In this document: in pieces, positions 1 through 9,588 of the stretch
Numbering within the stretch: position 1 is the stretch's first letter
Layout: the number at the start of each line of letters is the position of its first letter
From: Patescibacteria group bacterium
GTDB taxonomy: Bacteria > Patescibacteriota > Patescibacteriia > JACQRZ01
Assembly (NCBI GenBank): GCA_038065255.1
Contig: JBBTRI010000010.1
Location: 59,762 to 123,761, forward strand
DNA length: 64,000 nt
Direction of reading: 5' to 3'
Position numbers and translations under genes: made by a program
Notes under the pieces: generated by a model
What the model was told of the DNA's origin: nothing
What the model saw: only the letters and a program-made list of their open reading frames with translations
Database searches by the model: none

Positions 1-332
1 AGCTTTGAAATAACGGCAAAGTTCGTAAGGGTGCCGCCAATCCATCGATGGTTAATATACGGCATACCACAGCTCTGTGCAGCTGCTTCGATTGCATTCT
101 GTGCTTGTTTCTTGGTACCTACAAATAATACCACACCGCCACGTTTTGCAATATCCTTCACAAACTCAAGGGCTTTGTTAAGGCAATCAAGTGTTTTGTC
201 CAAATCGATCACATGGACTTCATTGCGTATTGCAAAAATATACGGCTCCATTTTGGGATGCCTGCGTGATTTTTTATGCCCAAAATGTACGCCGCTTTTG
301 AGCATATCAACAATTTCCGGTAATACTACCAT
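1..332 (-). CDS. rpsB: 30S ribosomal protein S2 (partial, runs off window start)
   Basis: Not in the ORF track. Manual minus-strand translation from ATG at 332 gives MVVLPEIVDMLKSGVHFGHKKSRRHPKMEPYIFAIRNEVHVIDL, the S2 N-terminal GVHFGH signature. AAGGAG SD lies upstream. Confidence 0.97.
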   Translation of the reverse strand, partial: MVVLPEIVDMLKSGVHFGHKKSRRHPKMEPYIFAIRNEVHVIDLDKTLDCLNKALEFVKDIAKRGGVVLFVGTKKQAQNAIEAAAQSCGMPYINHRWIGGTLTNFAVISK

Positions 333-408
333 AGTGTCTCCTTTCGTCTTCTCTTTCCGTATGTATGTCCTCACGCGGAGGATCAAGGAGATGCCGGAAA
401 GATGAGAT
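333..408 (-). promoter_or_regulatory. Structured rpsB 5' leader (candidate S2 autoregulatory RNA)
   Basis: Stem 352-359/395-402, inner hairpin 368-372/378-382, and a 7-nt segment at 385-391 complementary to the SD region at 337-343. Confidence 0.6.
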
Positions 409-427
409 ATTAAAAACTAATATCATG

Positions 428-456
428 AGTCTACACTACCTTCTAAAAATATGCAA
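428..456 (-). promoter_or_regulatory. sigma70-type promoter for rpsB
   Basis: Minus strand TTGCAT-17 nt-TAGACT. Confidence 0.6.
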
Positions 457-471
457 GAGGTATCTTGGAAA

Positions 472-521
472 TAAAAAACCCGCTGACCGTATGGTTTCAA
501 CTCCTCTTACGGTAAACGGGT
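472..521 (-). terminator. Hairpin plus U-tract, intrinsic terminator-like, with no upstream CDS
   Basis: Minus strand ACCCGtttACCGTA...TACGGTcagCGGGT followed by TTTTTATTT. Confidence 0.5.
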
Positions 522-609
522 AATGATTCTTGTACGCTAAGGTACTAGTCGCTACTGCTATTTTGTCATACTCATCTTAATACAATTAACATTATATCCA
601 TAAGAAAAA

Positions 610-660
610 GCGCGCATTATCCTTGACAAAAGTGCCAAAATGTGCTATAATGCGCGCATT
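610..660 (+). promoter_or_regulatory. Consensus sigma70 promoter flanked by an 11-bp inverted repeat
   Basis: TTGACA(623-628)-17 nt-TATAAT(646-651) with extended TG. GCGCGCATTAT (610-620) and ATAATGCGCGC (647-657) are reverse complements. Confidence 0.8.
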
Positions 661-701
661 AAACTATAGTATTTATAAGGAAACTCATCTCTAAAGGTCA
701 T

Positions 702-2168
702 ATGCCGAATCATGATGATGGACTGGAAAAACTTCGCGAGAGATCTGAAACATCACTTATTCCGGAATTAAGAAAAGTGATGCTTCATGCGTCTAAAGAA
801 GCGCGTAAAATTGCCCGAGACATGCGTGATCAAATTGGAAAATTCAATGTCACAAATCCTGCACGAAGGAACCCGGGAGTGGTAGAAACTTTTGTTATTC
901 GGGATAAAAGTGGGACTTCATATCAATTCATTGCGGACTCCAATGGCAGAGATTGGGGTGTTTCCGGCTACAATATCTTACCAGTCCTAAACATACTCCA
1001 TTCGCCACTTCTTACAGAGCAAGAACTGAGCACGGCATGCTCAAAAGCATTTGGGCAAAAAGCGGGACATAACCATTTCTACAAACGTCTGATTGAAATA
1101 CACCCACTTATTGGAGCAGCAACCGTGTTGGCCAGAACCCAGCTTCCAGGCATCCTTGCGAGGCACCCTTCAAGACTAGAATCAAAAGACTATGCCGAAT
1201 TTAATCCTGAAAAATGGTATGAAGTACACCTAACAACTGCTGAGAAAGCTCTTTTTTCAATCAATAAGGTCTTCGCATTACTCAGTGAACGCTGCAATGA
1301 TGAAATTACAAGAAGTTTTCTTCATGATTGTAAACGTGAATGTGAATTACTCATCATGGAGTGCTGCCATTTTTCCTTTCTTCTACTAGAACATTTCTTG
1401 GGTAAACTATCACGCAATCAATGTGTCATTCCATGCGTTGTAAAAGATACTTCTTTAGCCATATCTCCTCAAGAGTATCTCTTGCGCGAAAAAGAAATTT
1501 TACGCTTACGTAGTGCGTACGTAGAATACTACAACCAATCAAGGCTTATCGACGTTTTTCCAATGCCAGATCGACAGAAAGTCATTGAGAACGGAGAAGT
1601 TCGCCTGCCGGTTTTTGCTTCAATCTATGATATTGAGGCATTACTGCAACACTATAGTAATTTATGGGAGCAATTGTCATCTGCACTCCAAAAAAACAAA
1701 TCTTTTCCGTTCAACAAGGGGTATGCAAAAATAGTCAATGCGTGTGAAATCGGCATACAGCATGACTCAGCTCATTCACAAGATCGGCTTTCATTTATCT
1801 TGCCGGGATTTAACATTCGATTTGATAAAGATTCGCGGCATGGGTCAATCACATTGGACGTAGGCGGTATATCTCTTGCGCATGCACTTGCCTGCGCAGA
1901 AGAATATCTCGGAACAGTGCAAGTTGATAAAAAGTTGCCGACAGTATTTAAGGGTGTGTCAGACGAGATCAATCCTCAGATTAAATTGGAAAATAAAATC
2001 GCCCTTGTTGCTTCCATGATGATGGGCTCTTCCCGTGCCGTAGGACTTCGAAAAAAACCCACTATTTCTCACCATTCACGAGAGTTTGTTGCCAAGGACG
2101 AATATTATAACAATTATTCGCATATCTTAGCATGTATCAAGGGGGGTCTTGAACGGCCAGGACAATAA
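702..2168 (+). CDS. Hypothetical protein, 488 aa, no recognised family
   Basis: Long ORF directly downstream of a perfect promoter; no motif recognised. Confidence 0.75.
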   Translation: MPNHDDGLEKLRERSETSLIPELRKVMLHASKEARKIARDMRDQIGKFNVTNPARRNPGVVETFVIRDKSGTSYQFIADSNGRDWGVSGYNILPVLNILHSPLLTEQELSTACSKAFGQKAGHNHFYKRLIEIHPLIGAATVLARTQLPGILARHPSRLESKDYAEFNPEKWYEVHLTTAEKALFSINKVFALLSERCNDEITRSFLHDCKRECELLIMECCHFSFLLLEHFLGKLSRNQCVIPCVVKDTSLAISPQEYLLREKEILRLRSAYVEYYNQSRLIDVFPMPDRQKVIENGEVRLPVFASIYDIEALLQHYSNLWEQLSSALQKNKSFPFNKGYAKIVNACEIGIQHDSAHSQDRLSFILPGFNIRFDKDSRHGSITLDVGGISLAHALACAEEYLGTVQVDKKLPTVFKGVSDEINPQIKLENKIALVASMMMGSSRAVGLRKKPTISHHSREFVAKDEYYNNYSHILACIKGGLERPGQ

Positions 2169-2237
2169 TCTCCAATCGCCCATCTTGCACCGTTTTGAGA
2201 AGTCTGCTAGTATGCTGATATGAGAATTAATACGACT

Positions 2238-2513
2238 ATGAAACAATCAATACATCCAACCTACTACCCTCAGGCGTCAATCTCGTGCGCATGCGGCAAT
2301 GTTGCAACTATTGGTTCAACCATGCAAACAATTTCAGTAGAACTCTGCAGCAAATGCCATCCTTTCTATACCGGCACCCAGAAACTCGTAGATACAGCAG
2401 GCCGTGTTGAACGCTTTAAACAGCGTTCCCAGAAGAAAGAGACTGTTTCAGCAGTGCGAAAGGGACGAAAAGTCAAGCGCGCACGTTCAGCATCGCAGAA
2501 AAACGAAGCGTAA
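2238..2513 (+). CDS. rpmE: 50S ribosomal protein L31 (Zn-binding type)
   Basis: MKQSIHPTY, CACG, CSKCHPFYTG, DTAGRVERF. Start set at ATG 2238. Confidence 0.97.
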   Translation: MKQSIHPTYYPQASISCACGNVATIGSTMQTISVELCSKCHPFYTGTQKLVDTAGRVERFKQRSQKKETVSAVRKGRKVKRARSASQKNEA

Positions 2514-2585
2514 CATTTTTGAGCAAAAAGGCATGCATTATTGGTCAGCATGTTTTTTTGTTGCATGTAAATATAGCAAAAGTAT

Positions 2586-3677
2586 ATGGTTACATTAGCT
2601 CAAAACCAACAACTGGAAGAAAAAAAACACTCCCTTGAGCAGCAATTAAGCGATCCGGAATTACTAAAAAATCAGAAGGGATATTTTTCTGCAACCAAAG
2701 AATATCGGGAGGTGCAACGAATGATTGATGCTATCCAAAAATATTCTGAACTCCAAGAGTCTTTAGTTCATGCAAAAAAAATGGCACTCGATGAGACTGA
2801 TACTGAATTGCGGGACCTGGCAGTGCAAGAGCAGCGCCAGATTGAACAGCAGCTTACAGAATATGCTGAAGTGATTGAAGAGTATTTTAATCCGTCGGAT
2901 CCTCTCGATAAAAAGGATATTTTTGTGGAAATTCGAGCTGGTGCAGGAGGCGATGAAGCTGCTCTCTTTGCAGCAAGTCTGTTCCGTATGTATACACTCT
3001 ATTCGGAAAAAATGGGTTGGAAGGTACATTTGGTGAGTGAAAATAGGATTGGAATTGGAGGATTTAAGGAAGTTATTTTTGAAATAGTCGGTGAGAATGT
3101 TTATCGCTTAATGAAATACGAAGCAGGTGTACACCGTGTCCAGCGCGTGCCGGAAACTGAAAAAAGCGGGCGCATTCATACGTCTACTGTCACTATTGCA
3201 GTAATCCCAGAAGCCGAAGAAGTGGATATCACCATTGAACCCAAGGATTTGCGAATTGATACTTTCTGCGCTGGAGGACATGGAGGACAATCAGTGAATA
3301 CGACCTACTCAGCTGTACGAGTAACGCATATTCCCACAGGAATAGCAGTCAGCTGTCAGGATGAAAGATCACAGCTCCAAAACCGTGAGCGAGCAATGAC
3401 TGTCCTTCGAAGCAGACTTCTGGCTGCAGAGCAGGAAAGGCAAGCGTCAGCTCTCTCGCAGCAACGAAAAAAAATGGTTGGCACGGGTGACAGATCAGAA
3501 AAAATACGTACGTATAACTTTCCTCAAAGCAGGATCACCGATCACCGTATCAAGCACAGCTGGCACAACATTTCCGATATCCTCGATGGCAACCTTGACA
3601 GTGTCATGAATACTCTTCGCAAAGCCGACCGCGAGGGGACATTTGGTGAAGATGCCACTGGCACCGATGAGGAATAA
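2586..3677 (+). CDS. prfA: Peptide chain release factor 1
   Basis: [23 protein letters not shown] (PxT motif) and GGQ. Confidence 0.98.
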   Translation: MVTLAQNQQLEEKKHSLEQQLSDPELLKNQKGYFSATKEYREVQRMIDAIQKYSELQESLVHAKKMALDETDTELRDLAVQEQRQIEQQLTEYAEVIEEYFNPSDPLDKKDIFVEIRAGAGGDEAALFAASLFRMYTLYSEKMGWKVHLVSENRIGIGGFKEVIFEIVGENVYRLMKYEAGVHRVQRVPETEKSGRIHTSTVTIAVIPEAEEVDITIEPKDLRIDTFCAGGHGGQSVNTTYSAVRVTHIPTGIAVSCQDERSQLQNRERAMTVLRSRLLAAEQERQASALSQQRKKMVGTGDRSEKIRTYNFPQSRITDHRIKHSWHNISDILDGNLDSVMNTLRKADREGTFGEDATGTDEE

Positions 3678-3736
3678 TATTGTCACATATTATTCTAGTG
3701 TTGCACTTTTTCATATCAGTGCTAGTCTTTTTCTAT

Positions 3737-4837
3737 ATGAACCAACCAGGTGCACTCCCCTCCCAGGCAATTACAAAACTCATTTCAGATGGGTTTGTAA
3801 AAAACGCGGATGAAAAAAACATCCGCCCTGCTTCACTTGACCTTACGCTTACTTCCGAAGTCTATAGAATTGAACAAGTATTTCTTCCTCGGAAGGGCGA
3901 GGCAGTCCGTGATCTATTGAAACTTGCGCGTCCCACGCTGCATCATCTCAGCCACCCACTGGAAAAAAACGTCACCTATATCGCCCGCATCAAAGAAATC
4001 ATGCATCTTCCTTCCGATGTCCACTGCATCTGCAATCCAAAATCATCAACAGGAAGAATCGACATTCAGACACGCGTTATCGCAGATGGTGTACCGCGCT
4101 ATGATACCATTATGCCCGGTGGCTATTCCGGCGAGCTATGGACACTTATTACGCCAAAGTCATTTCCCGTTCTTCTTCCGCCCGATGAATCCCTCTCGCA
4201 AATCCGTTTTTTTAATGCAGATACGACACTTAGTTATTTAGAACTTAGAGACAGTTATTTTGCGTCTCCCCTCCTGTACGATAGGGATGCGCGGAGCATT
4301 CCATTTAGTGAACTTGCTTCAGATAATGATAGTTCTCTTATTTTGAGTGTTGACCTCGACATGGATACTGTTGGGTGGGAATGCCTTGGTTCCTCACATG
4401 TTCTTGACGTTTCAAAGCGGAATTTCTATCAGCCAACGGATTTCTTCCAGCCACTTAGAAAAATAAATGGGCATATTCGCCTGCGTCAAGGAGCTTTTTA
4501 TATTCTCTATACAAAGGAGCGCGTCCAAGTGAGCCCTACACTAGCATGCGAAATGGTCCCTATGGATGAAAAGTCCGGAGAATTCCGCGCTCACTACGCA
4601 GGGTTTATTGACCCGGGCTGGGGATGGGGCCTAAGCGGTGAAGTGGCGGGCCGACGCCTGGTTCTTGAAGTGCGCCCCTTTGAAGAAATAGTTCTCCGCG
4701 ATGGGCAGCCGATTTCAAAAATTAAATTCTGTCGCATGACTGAGCAGCCCACAGCTGTGTATGATGCAATGGATTCTAATTACACCAAAGAGGCGCAGTC
4801 TCCCCGCCTTTCAAAACATTTTGCCACTCAACAATGA
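3737..4837 (+). CDS. dcd: 2'-deoxycytidine 5'-triphosphate deaminase (long, two-domain DCD type)
   Basis: IRPASLDL, NPKSSTGRID, GEFRAHYAGFIDPGWG, LVLEVR. Start moved to ATG 3737 (MNQPGALP). Confidence 0.88.
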   Translation: MNQPGALPSQAITKLISDGFVKNADEKNIRPASLDLTLTSEVYRIEQVFLPRKGEAVRDLLKLARPTLHHLSHPLEKNVTYIARIKEIMHLPSDVHCICNPKSSTGRIDIQTRVIADGVPRYDTIMPGGYSGELWTLITPKSFPVLLPPDESLSQIRFFNADTTLSYLELRDSYFASPLLYDRDARSIPFSELASDNDSSLILSVDLDMDTVGWECLGSSHVLDVSKRNFYQPTDFFQPLRKINGHIRLRQGAFYILYTKERVQVSPTLACEMVPMDEKSGEFRAHYAGFIDPGWGWGLSGEVAGRRLVLEVRPFEEIVLRDGQPISKIKFCRMTEQPTAVYDAMDSNYTKEAQSPRLSKHFATQQ

Positions 4838-5685
4838 CCATTTTTCAAGCACTTGGGGAATCTCAAAAACTCCTCAAAAAGGCTGCCATCTCAACATCTC
4901 AACTTGATAGCGAGGTGCTATTGGCGCATATCCTCAAGGTTGAACGTTCGTATCTTTTTGCCCATAGTGAACAAAGTTTTTCAAAAAAACAGCTACAAGG
5001 TTTTCGAGGGTTCATCAAAAAAAGGGCACAGAGAGTGCCTTGCGCGTATCTTGTTGGATATAAAGAATTTTACGGATCTGCGTTTTTTGTAAACTCATCC
5101 GTACTTATTCCTCGCCCCGATACAGAAGTGCTTGTTGAGTGTGTGAGCCGCTACCTTTTGGAGTATCCTGAAAAAAAGAATATTTTGGATATTGGAACGG
5201 GATCCGGCTGTATTGCAATTACACTTGCACTTCAACATCCTAAACTCAATCTTGTCGGTACTGATATATCATCAAAAGCTCTATCTCTCGCAAGAAAAAA
5301 TGTCAAACATTTTGGTTGTGAAAAGCGTGTTCGCATCCTTAGAGCCAATCTCTATCCCGCTTCGCCAAAACGCTTTGATATCATCGTTTCAAACCCACCC
5401 TATCTTTCTACCAAAGAATACAGTACGGCTCTTAAAAAATACCCTGAATTAAAGTACGAACCACGTGGATCTCTTGTGGCTAAGGATAATGGACGCGCCC
5501 TACTCGACGCCATTATAAAAACATGTGGCAACCATCTCGATAAAAATGGTATTATTTTTCTAGAAATAGGTTCTGTACAAAGACTGTACATCAAAACTGC
5601 AATAAAAAAATACCTACCATCTGCCTCAGTAGTATTTCATAGAGACCTGGCAGGCAGAACACGCGTAGCAGAAATTCGGCTATAG
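4834..5685 (+). CDS. prmC: Release factor glutamine N5-methyltransferase
   Basis: VLIPRPDTE, LDIGTGSGCI, SNPPY; lies near prfA. Confidence 0.95.
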   Translation: MTIFQALGESQKLLKKAAISTSQLDSEVLLAHILKVERSYLFAHSEQSFSKKQLQGFRGFIKKRAQRVPCAYLVGYKEFYGSAFFVNSSVLIPRPDTEVLVECVSRYLLEYPEKKNILDIGTGSGCIAITLALQHPKLNLVGTDISSKALSLARKNVKHFGCEKRVRILRANLYPASPKRFDIIVSNPPYLSTKEYSTALKKYPELKYEPRGSLVAKDNGRALLDAIIKTCGNHLDKNGIIFLEIGSVQRLYIKTAIKKYLPSASVVFHRDLAGRTRVAEIRL

Positions 5686-6249
5686 ATCTAGCGTATCAAA
5701 CACCTCCAATAATTTCTTTTCAAACTCTTGGAGTGTCGCATTATTATCGATCACAGCATCTGCCAATGGCTTCAATGATTCAATTTGAAGTTCCGGCTCT
5801 TCCTCGTCTTTGAGACGAAACCGCTCTCTATCCATTTCGCTATCGCCCGCCCTCTGATTGCGTGCAATATAGCGCTGATAACGGGCTTCAAAATTAGAAT
5901 CAATATACAATAAATGAAATGAAAACTCTTTTTTTATATCATCAAAATCTGTCAGGCGCCGTGCACCGAATAATGATATACGTGAGGCAGATGATGCGCG
6001 GATTTTCTTTACTACGGCTCTCTGCATGACATCAACGCCAAAGCGGGAACGCAGAAAGCTTGAAAGTTTTGGAATAGTATCCTGAGTTTCCGGAATGCCT
6101 AAAATATTCAATGCTTCATGCAGAGAACTCGAATAATCAATTCGAAGTGCCCCGTACTTCTCTGCAAGCAAGTTTCCAGCCACACCCTTGCCACACGCTT
6201 TACGACCAGTAAATGCGATGATTTTTTTTATTGTAGGTGTATCAGTCAC
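5680..6249 (-). CDS. P-loop nucleotide kinase (dephospho-CoA/dNMP kinase-like), paralog 2
   Basis: P-loop GRKACGKG, RYQR lid and C-terminal ADAVIDN. Confidence 0.75.
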   Translation of the reverse strand: MTDTPTIKKIIAFTGRKACGKGVAGNLLAEKYGALRIDYSSSLHEALNILGIPETQDTIPKLSSFLRSRFGVDVMQRAVVKKIRASSASRISLFGARRLTDFDDIKKEFSFHLLYIDSNFEARYQRYIARNQRAGDSEMDRERFRLKDEEEPELQIESLKPLADAVIDNNATLQEFEKKLLEVFDTLDL

Positions 6250-6251
6250 AA

Positions 6252-6824
6252 TTACTTTTTTAAAATCTCCTCAACCGCTGAGCGCGTCTGGATAATCAAT
6301 TCCTCATACGTTCCGCTATTGTCTATAACAATATCCGCATAGGTCTTAAGCTGATCAATCTGCACTTCTGTTTCAGCCTGTCCCCTCTTTTGAAATTCAT
6401 CCCAACTCATTTCCGCATCACCTGCATTTTCGTTACGCACTACATATCGTTGATACCGTATCTGCTCATCGCAATCGACAAAAATAAATGTAAAGTTTGG
6501 AAGTTGACGAAATGTATGAACATCAATCAAGCGCCTCATGCCATCAAACAATGTAATGGGCGCCTTGCTTTCAGTGAGAAGTTTAAGCATTGCATGCGCT
6601 ATTACTTGCTCACCGTATGTTTCACGCAAAAACGTAGATAAATCAGAAAGATTTACGCGTGACTGAGGTATACCGAATATGTCGACAATCGCTCGCAATG
6701 GACCAGAAGAGGCATGCTTTTCTGCATTATATTCTTTAACAAGATACTTCGAAACACTTCCCTTCCCGGAAGCCATTTTTCCTGAAATTCCAATGAGCTG
6801 GTGGGGGTGCCCTCCTAGTTTCAT
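6252..6824 (-). CDS. P-loop nucleotide kinase (dephospho-CoA/dNMP kinase-like), paralog 1
   Basis: GKMASGKG, DGMRR, RYQRYVVRNE, ADIVIDNSG. Start set at ATG 6824. Confidence 0.78.
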   Translation of the reverse strand: MKLGGHPHQLIGISGKMASGKGSVSKYLVKEYNAEKHASSGPLRAIVDIFGIPQSRVNLSDLSTFLRETYGEQVIAHAMLKLLTESKAPITLFDGMRRLIDVHTFRQLPNFTFIFVDCDEQIRYQRYVVRNENAGDAEMSWDEFQKRGQAETEVQIDQLKTYADIVIDNSGTYEELIIQTRSAVEEILKK

Positions 6825-6834
6825 GGCGGTAAAA

Positions 6835-7503
6835 TTACTTAGCTTTTTCAACTACTGCCTCGCCTTCTTCTTTCTTAGCCTTGCCTACAACTTCAATCTT
6901 AGAAACATCTGTTGCCTGCTGTTGTTCCATTGCTGCAAGCTCTGCTTCTGAAACTGGCGGCATCACTGACGCAATAATACCATTGCCTTCATTCAAAATT
7001 TCAATGCCTTTGGGTAATTGAATGTCTGCAACGCGCAATACATCTTCAAATGTTGCCAATGGAGAGATATCTACGCGGATTTCTGAAACAAGATCACCCG
7101 GCAAACACTTCACCTCAACTTCATCTATTTGTTTCACAAATATGCCACCGAGCTCTTTGACCGCCCTTGCATCGTTCATAAATACCAAAGGAATATGAAC
7201 TATTAGTTTTTTGTCCATATTAACCTGATAGAAGTCAATGTGCAGGTATTTCCCGCGAATAGGCTCGAGCTGCACTTCATGCACCAACACTTTAATAGGT
7301 GTAGCTGAATCCACTGCCAAATCAAGGAGTGTTGATTCGCCACACGACCGATAGGCTTTTTCAAATGGGATATACTCAACAGCAACAGATTGGTTGCTTC
7401 CTGCACCATAAATTACAGCCGGTATAAGCTTTTGTTTTCGCAATTTTTCTACGGCCTTACCCTGTACAGTTCGCACTGTTGCCTTTAATGCTATTGGTTC
7501 CAT
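6835..7503 (-). CDS. rplY: 50S ribosomal protein L25 (long CTC form)
   Basis: IPAVIYG, HIDFYQV and a C-terminal TL5-like domain. Confidence 0.96.
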   Translation of the reverse strand: MEPIALKATVRTVQGKAVEKLRKQKLIPAVIYGAGSNQSVAVEYIPFEKAYRSCGESTLLDLAVDSATPIKVLVHEVQLEPIRGKYLHIDFYQVNMDKKLIVHIPLVFMNDARAVKELGGIFVKQIDEVEVKCLPGDLVSEIRVDISPLATFEDVLRVADIQLPKGIEILNEGNGIIASVMPPVSEAELAAMEQQQATDVSKIEVVGKAKKEEGEAVVEKAK

Positions 7504-7595
7504 ATATACAATATAAAATCATCTTATAAACAACGGTACTATAATTACATGGTATTGCACTTCTGTCAAGAAAAGTGTCAAGAAATACTCACATC

Positions 7596-8693
7596 CTATA
7601 CTGAATGAATATGAATGCTTTCAACAAGGCCAATGCCTATAAGGTCGATAACCAATGCGCTGCCGCCATAACTCAAAAAAGGCAACACAATGCCAGTCAA
7701 AGGAATAAGGCCAAGATTTCCTCCAATGTTTATAGCCATATGGGAAAAAAGCAAAAGCGTTACCCCAAGAACACAGTACACGCCGAAATCATCACGCACA
7801 ATGCGCATAAGGCGAACAAGTCTGCTTAGCAGCACAAACCAAAAAAAGAGCAGCAATCCAACACCGATAAATCCAAGCTCCTCTGCGATAACGGAAAAAA
7901 TAAAGTCTGTTTGGCTTTCCGGAAGGAAACGTAGATGGCTTTGTGAACCGAAACCGAGACCTCTGCCAAAAAGCTCACCGGAACCAATGGCTATCTGTGC
8001 TTGCCGAATGTTATAACTTTTTCCTTGGACATCATGGGTTGGCGATAAAAACGTTAACACGCGCTGCCGTTGGTAATCCTTGAGTACAAACATCCATCCA
8101 AGAACAGCTATAAGCGCAATCATAATACACATTGCTATCGTATAACGACGCGGTACTCCACTCATCAAAATCATGCCAAGCCAGATAATAAATAATATTG
8201 CTGCGGAACCCAAATCTGGCTGAAGCAGTACGGCACCAATTGGCAGTAGTGCAAGGCTTCCGCTTATAACAATATGCTTCAATTGCCCAACCTGGCGCGT
8301 GAAGGAAGAAAAATACCTCGCAAGCATAATAATAAGTCCTAATTTTGCCAGTTCAACAGGCTGAAGGGTAAATCCTCCAATAGCAAGCCAACCCTTTGTT
8401 CCGCGTATCGTGCTCCCCAAAAAAAGCACAGCAATGAGAATAAGTAGCGTTGCAATATAAAACGCTAGACTATAGGTTCGCAGCTGCTGATAATGAACGG
8501 TACTCAGTACAAGGAGTGCAACCATACCTATGCCAAATGCCAGTGTCTGATGTTTGAGATAAAAAAAATTATCGCCGCTTATTCCCAGACCCATACTATA
8601 GAGCACAGCAAAACCAAGCCCCATGAGCACAGCCATAGAACAAAAAAGAATGAGGTCACTTTGTCGGAAAAATCCCCACAATACAGCAAGCAT
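7596..8693 (-). CDS. rodA: SEDS peptidoglycan polymerase RodA
   Basis: QPVELAK, LQPDLG, YQRQRV, FLPESQTDFIF, TGIVLPFLSYGG. Confidence 0.93.
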   Translation of the reverse strand: MLAVLWGFFRQSDLILFCSMAVLMGLGFAVLYSMGLGISGDNFFYLKHQTLAFGIGMVALLVLSTVHYQQLRTYSLAFYIATLLILIAVLFLGSTIRGTKGWLAIGGFTLQPVELAKLGLIIMLARYFSSFTRQVGQLKHIVISGSLALLPIGAVLLQPDLGSAAILFIIWLGMILMSGVPRRYTIAMCIMIALIAVLGWMFVLKDYQRQRVLTFLSPTHDVQGKSYNIRQAQIAIGSGELFGRGLGFGSQSHLRFLPESQTDFIFSVIAEELGFIGVGLLLFFWFVLLSRLVRLMRIVRDDFGVYCVLGVTLLLFSHMAINIGGNLGLIPLTGIVLPFLSYGGSALVIDLIGIGLVESIHIHSV

Positions 8694-8710
8694 AATTTTC
8701 GAGAGTTCTC

Positions 8711-9565
8711 TTACCGAGTTTTTTTCTTATACGATGCTGGATCAAATATATCTACAAGGGGTTGAATGTCAAATTCATCTGCTGCAACCAGCTGGGTAAA
8801 CCATATAGTTTCAAGAGATGCTTTCTGGCCGGAATCCAAACTATTTATAGATGCCTCACTTATCCCAACAATTGACCCGTTTTGCTTTGCAATAACCCCA
8901 AACCGCACTTCCCAGAAGTCAGAAATAGTTTTATTTGTTGCAGTAAACTTTAGCTTAGAGACAGGTACAAGGCGCGTGACACCACTCTTATCTGACGGTA
9001 TAAAAAGGGTATCTCCGATTGCAATATCACGTTTTTCTGCCATAACTCGCTTCTCTTCGTCAGAAATGAACGACCAGCGCAGATTTCTAAATGAAGCAGT
9101 AAGCGTACCGGCACTTGAAGCAATTCCCATACCAATACCATAGCGTTTTTCACTTGGCAGCAAGAATATGGGAACGGATCGCACTACATTTTCTCCTTGG
9201 AGAAACACAAGATCACCGCGTACATACCAGTTTTCATTCGGATTAATGCAGTATGCATAGGCATTTGCAAGTCCCTCTGCAACTGGTGCCGTTCCCACAG
9301 ATTGAATGATTGGTTCAGCAATAGTCGGCAGCCGGCTTTGCTGCGCAAGGACTTGTTTCACTCCAGAAATATGGGCATCAGTATGCTGAGCTGCCAATAC
9401 GTATATTGAAAGAACAGACCAAAGCGTTCCTAACCAAGTAATACTCGCAAAAACAATAAGCGCAACAACAATGAGTTGCTTTATTTTTTTATAATGCGTT
9501 ACAAACCAATAACTCCTCTGAAGCTCAGCATTGCTTATATCCGGATTGTACTCCTGCATTGCCAT
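8711..9565 (-). CDS. Hypothetical single-pass membrane protein
   Basis: N-terminal transmembrane helix followed by a beta-rich region. Confidence 0.75.
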   Translation of the reverse strand: MAMQEYNPDISNAELQRSYWFVTHYKKIKQLIVVALIVFASITWLGTLWSVLSIYVLAAQHTDAHISGVKQVLAQQSRLPTIAEPIIQSVGTAPVAEGLANAYAYCINPNENWYVRGDLVFLQGENVVRSVPIFLLPSEKRYGIGMGIASSAGTLTASFRNLRWSFISDEEKRVMAEKRDIAIGDTLFIPSDKSGVTRLVPVSKLKFTATNKTISDFWEVRFGVIAKQNGSIVGISEASINSLDSGQKASLETIWFTQLVAADEFDIQPLVDIFDPASYKKKTR

Positions 9566-9588
9566 ATAGTTGATAGTATATCATATCC

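Noticed and set aside
31-405. 124-aa plus-strand ORF
   Set aside because: It is the antisense shadow of rpsB.
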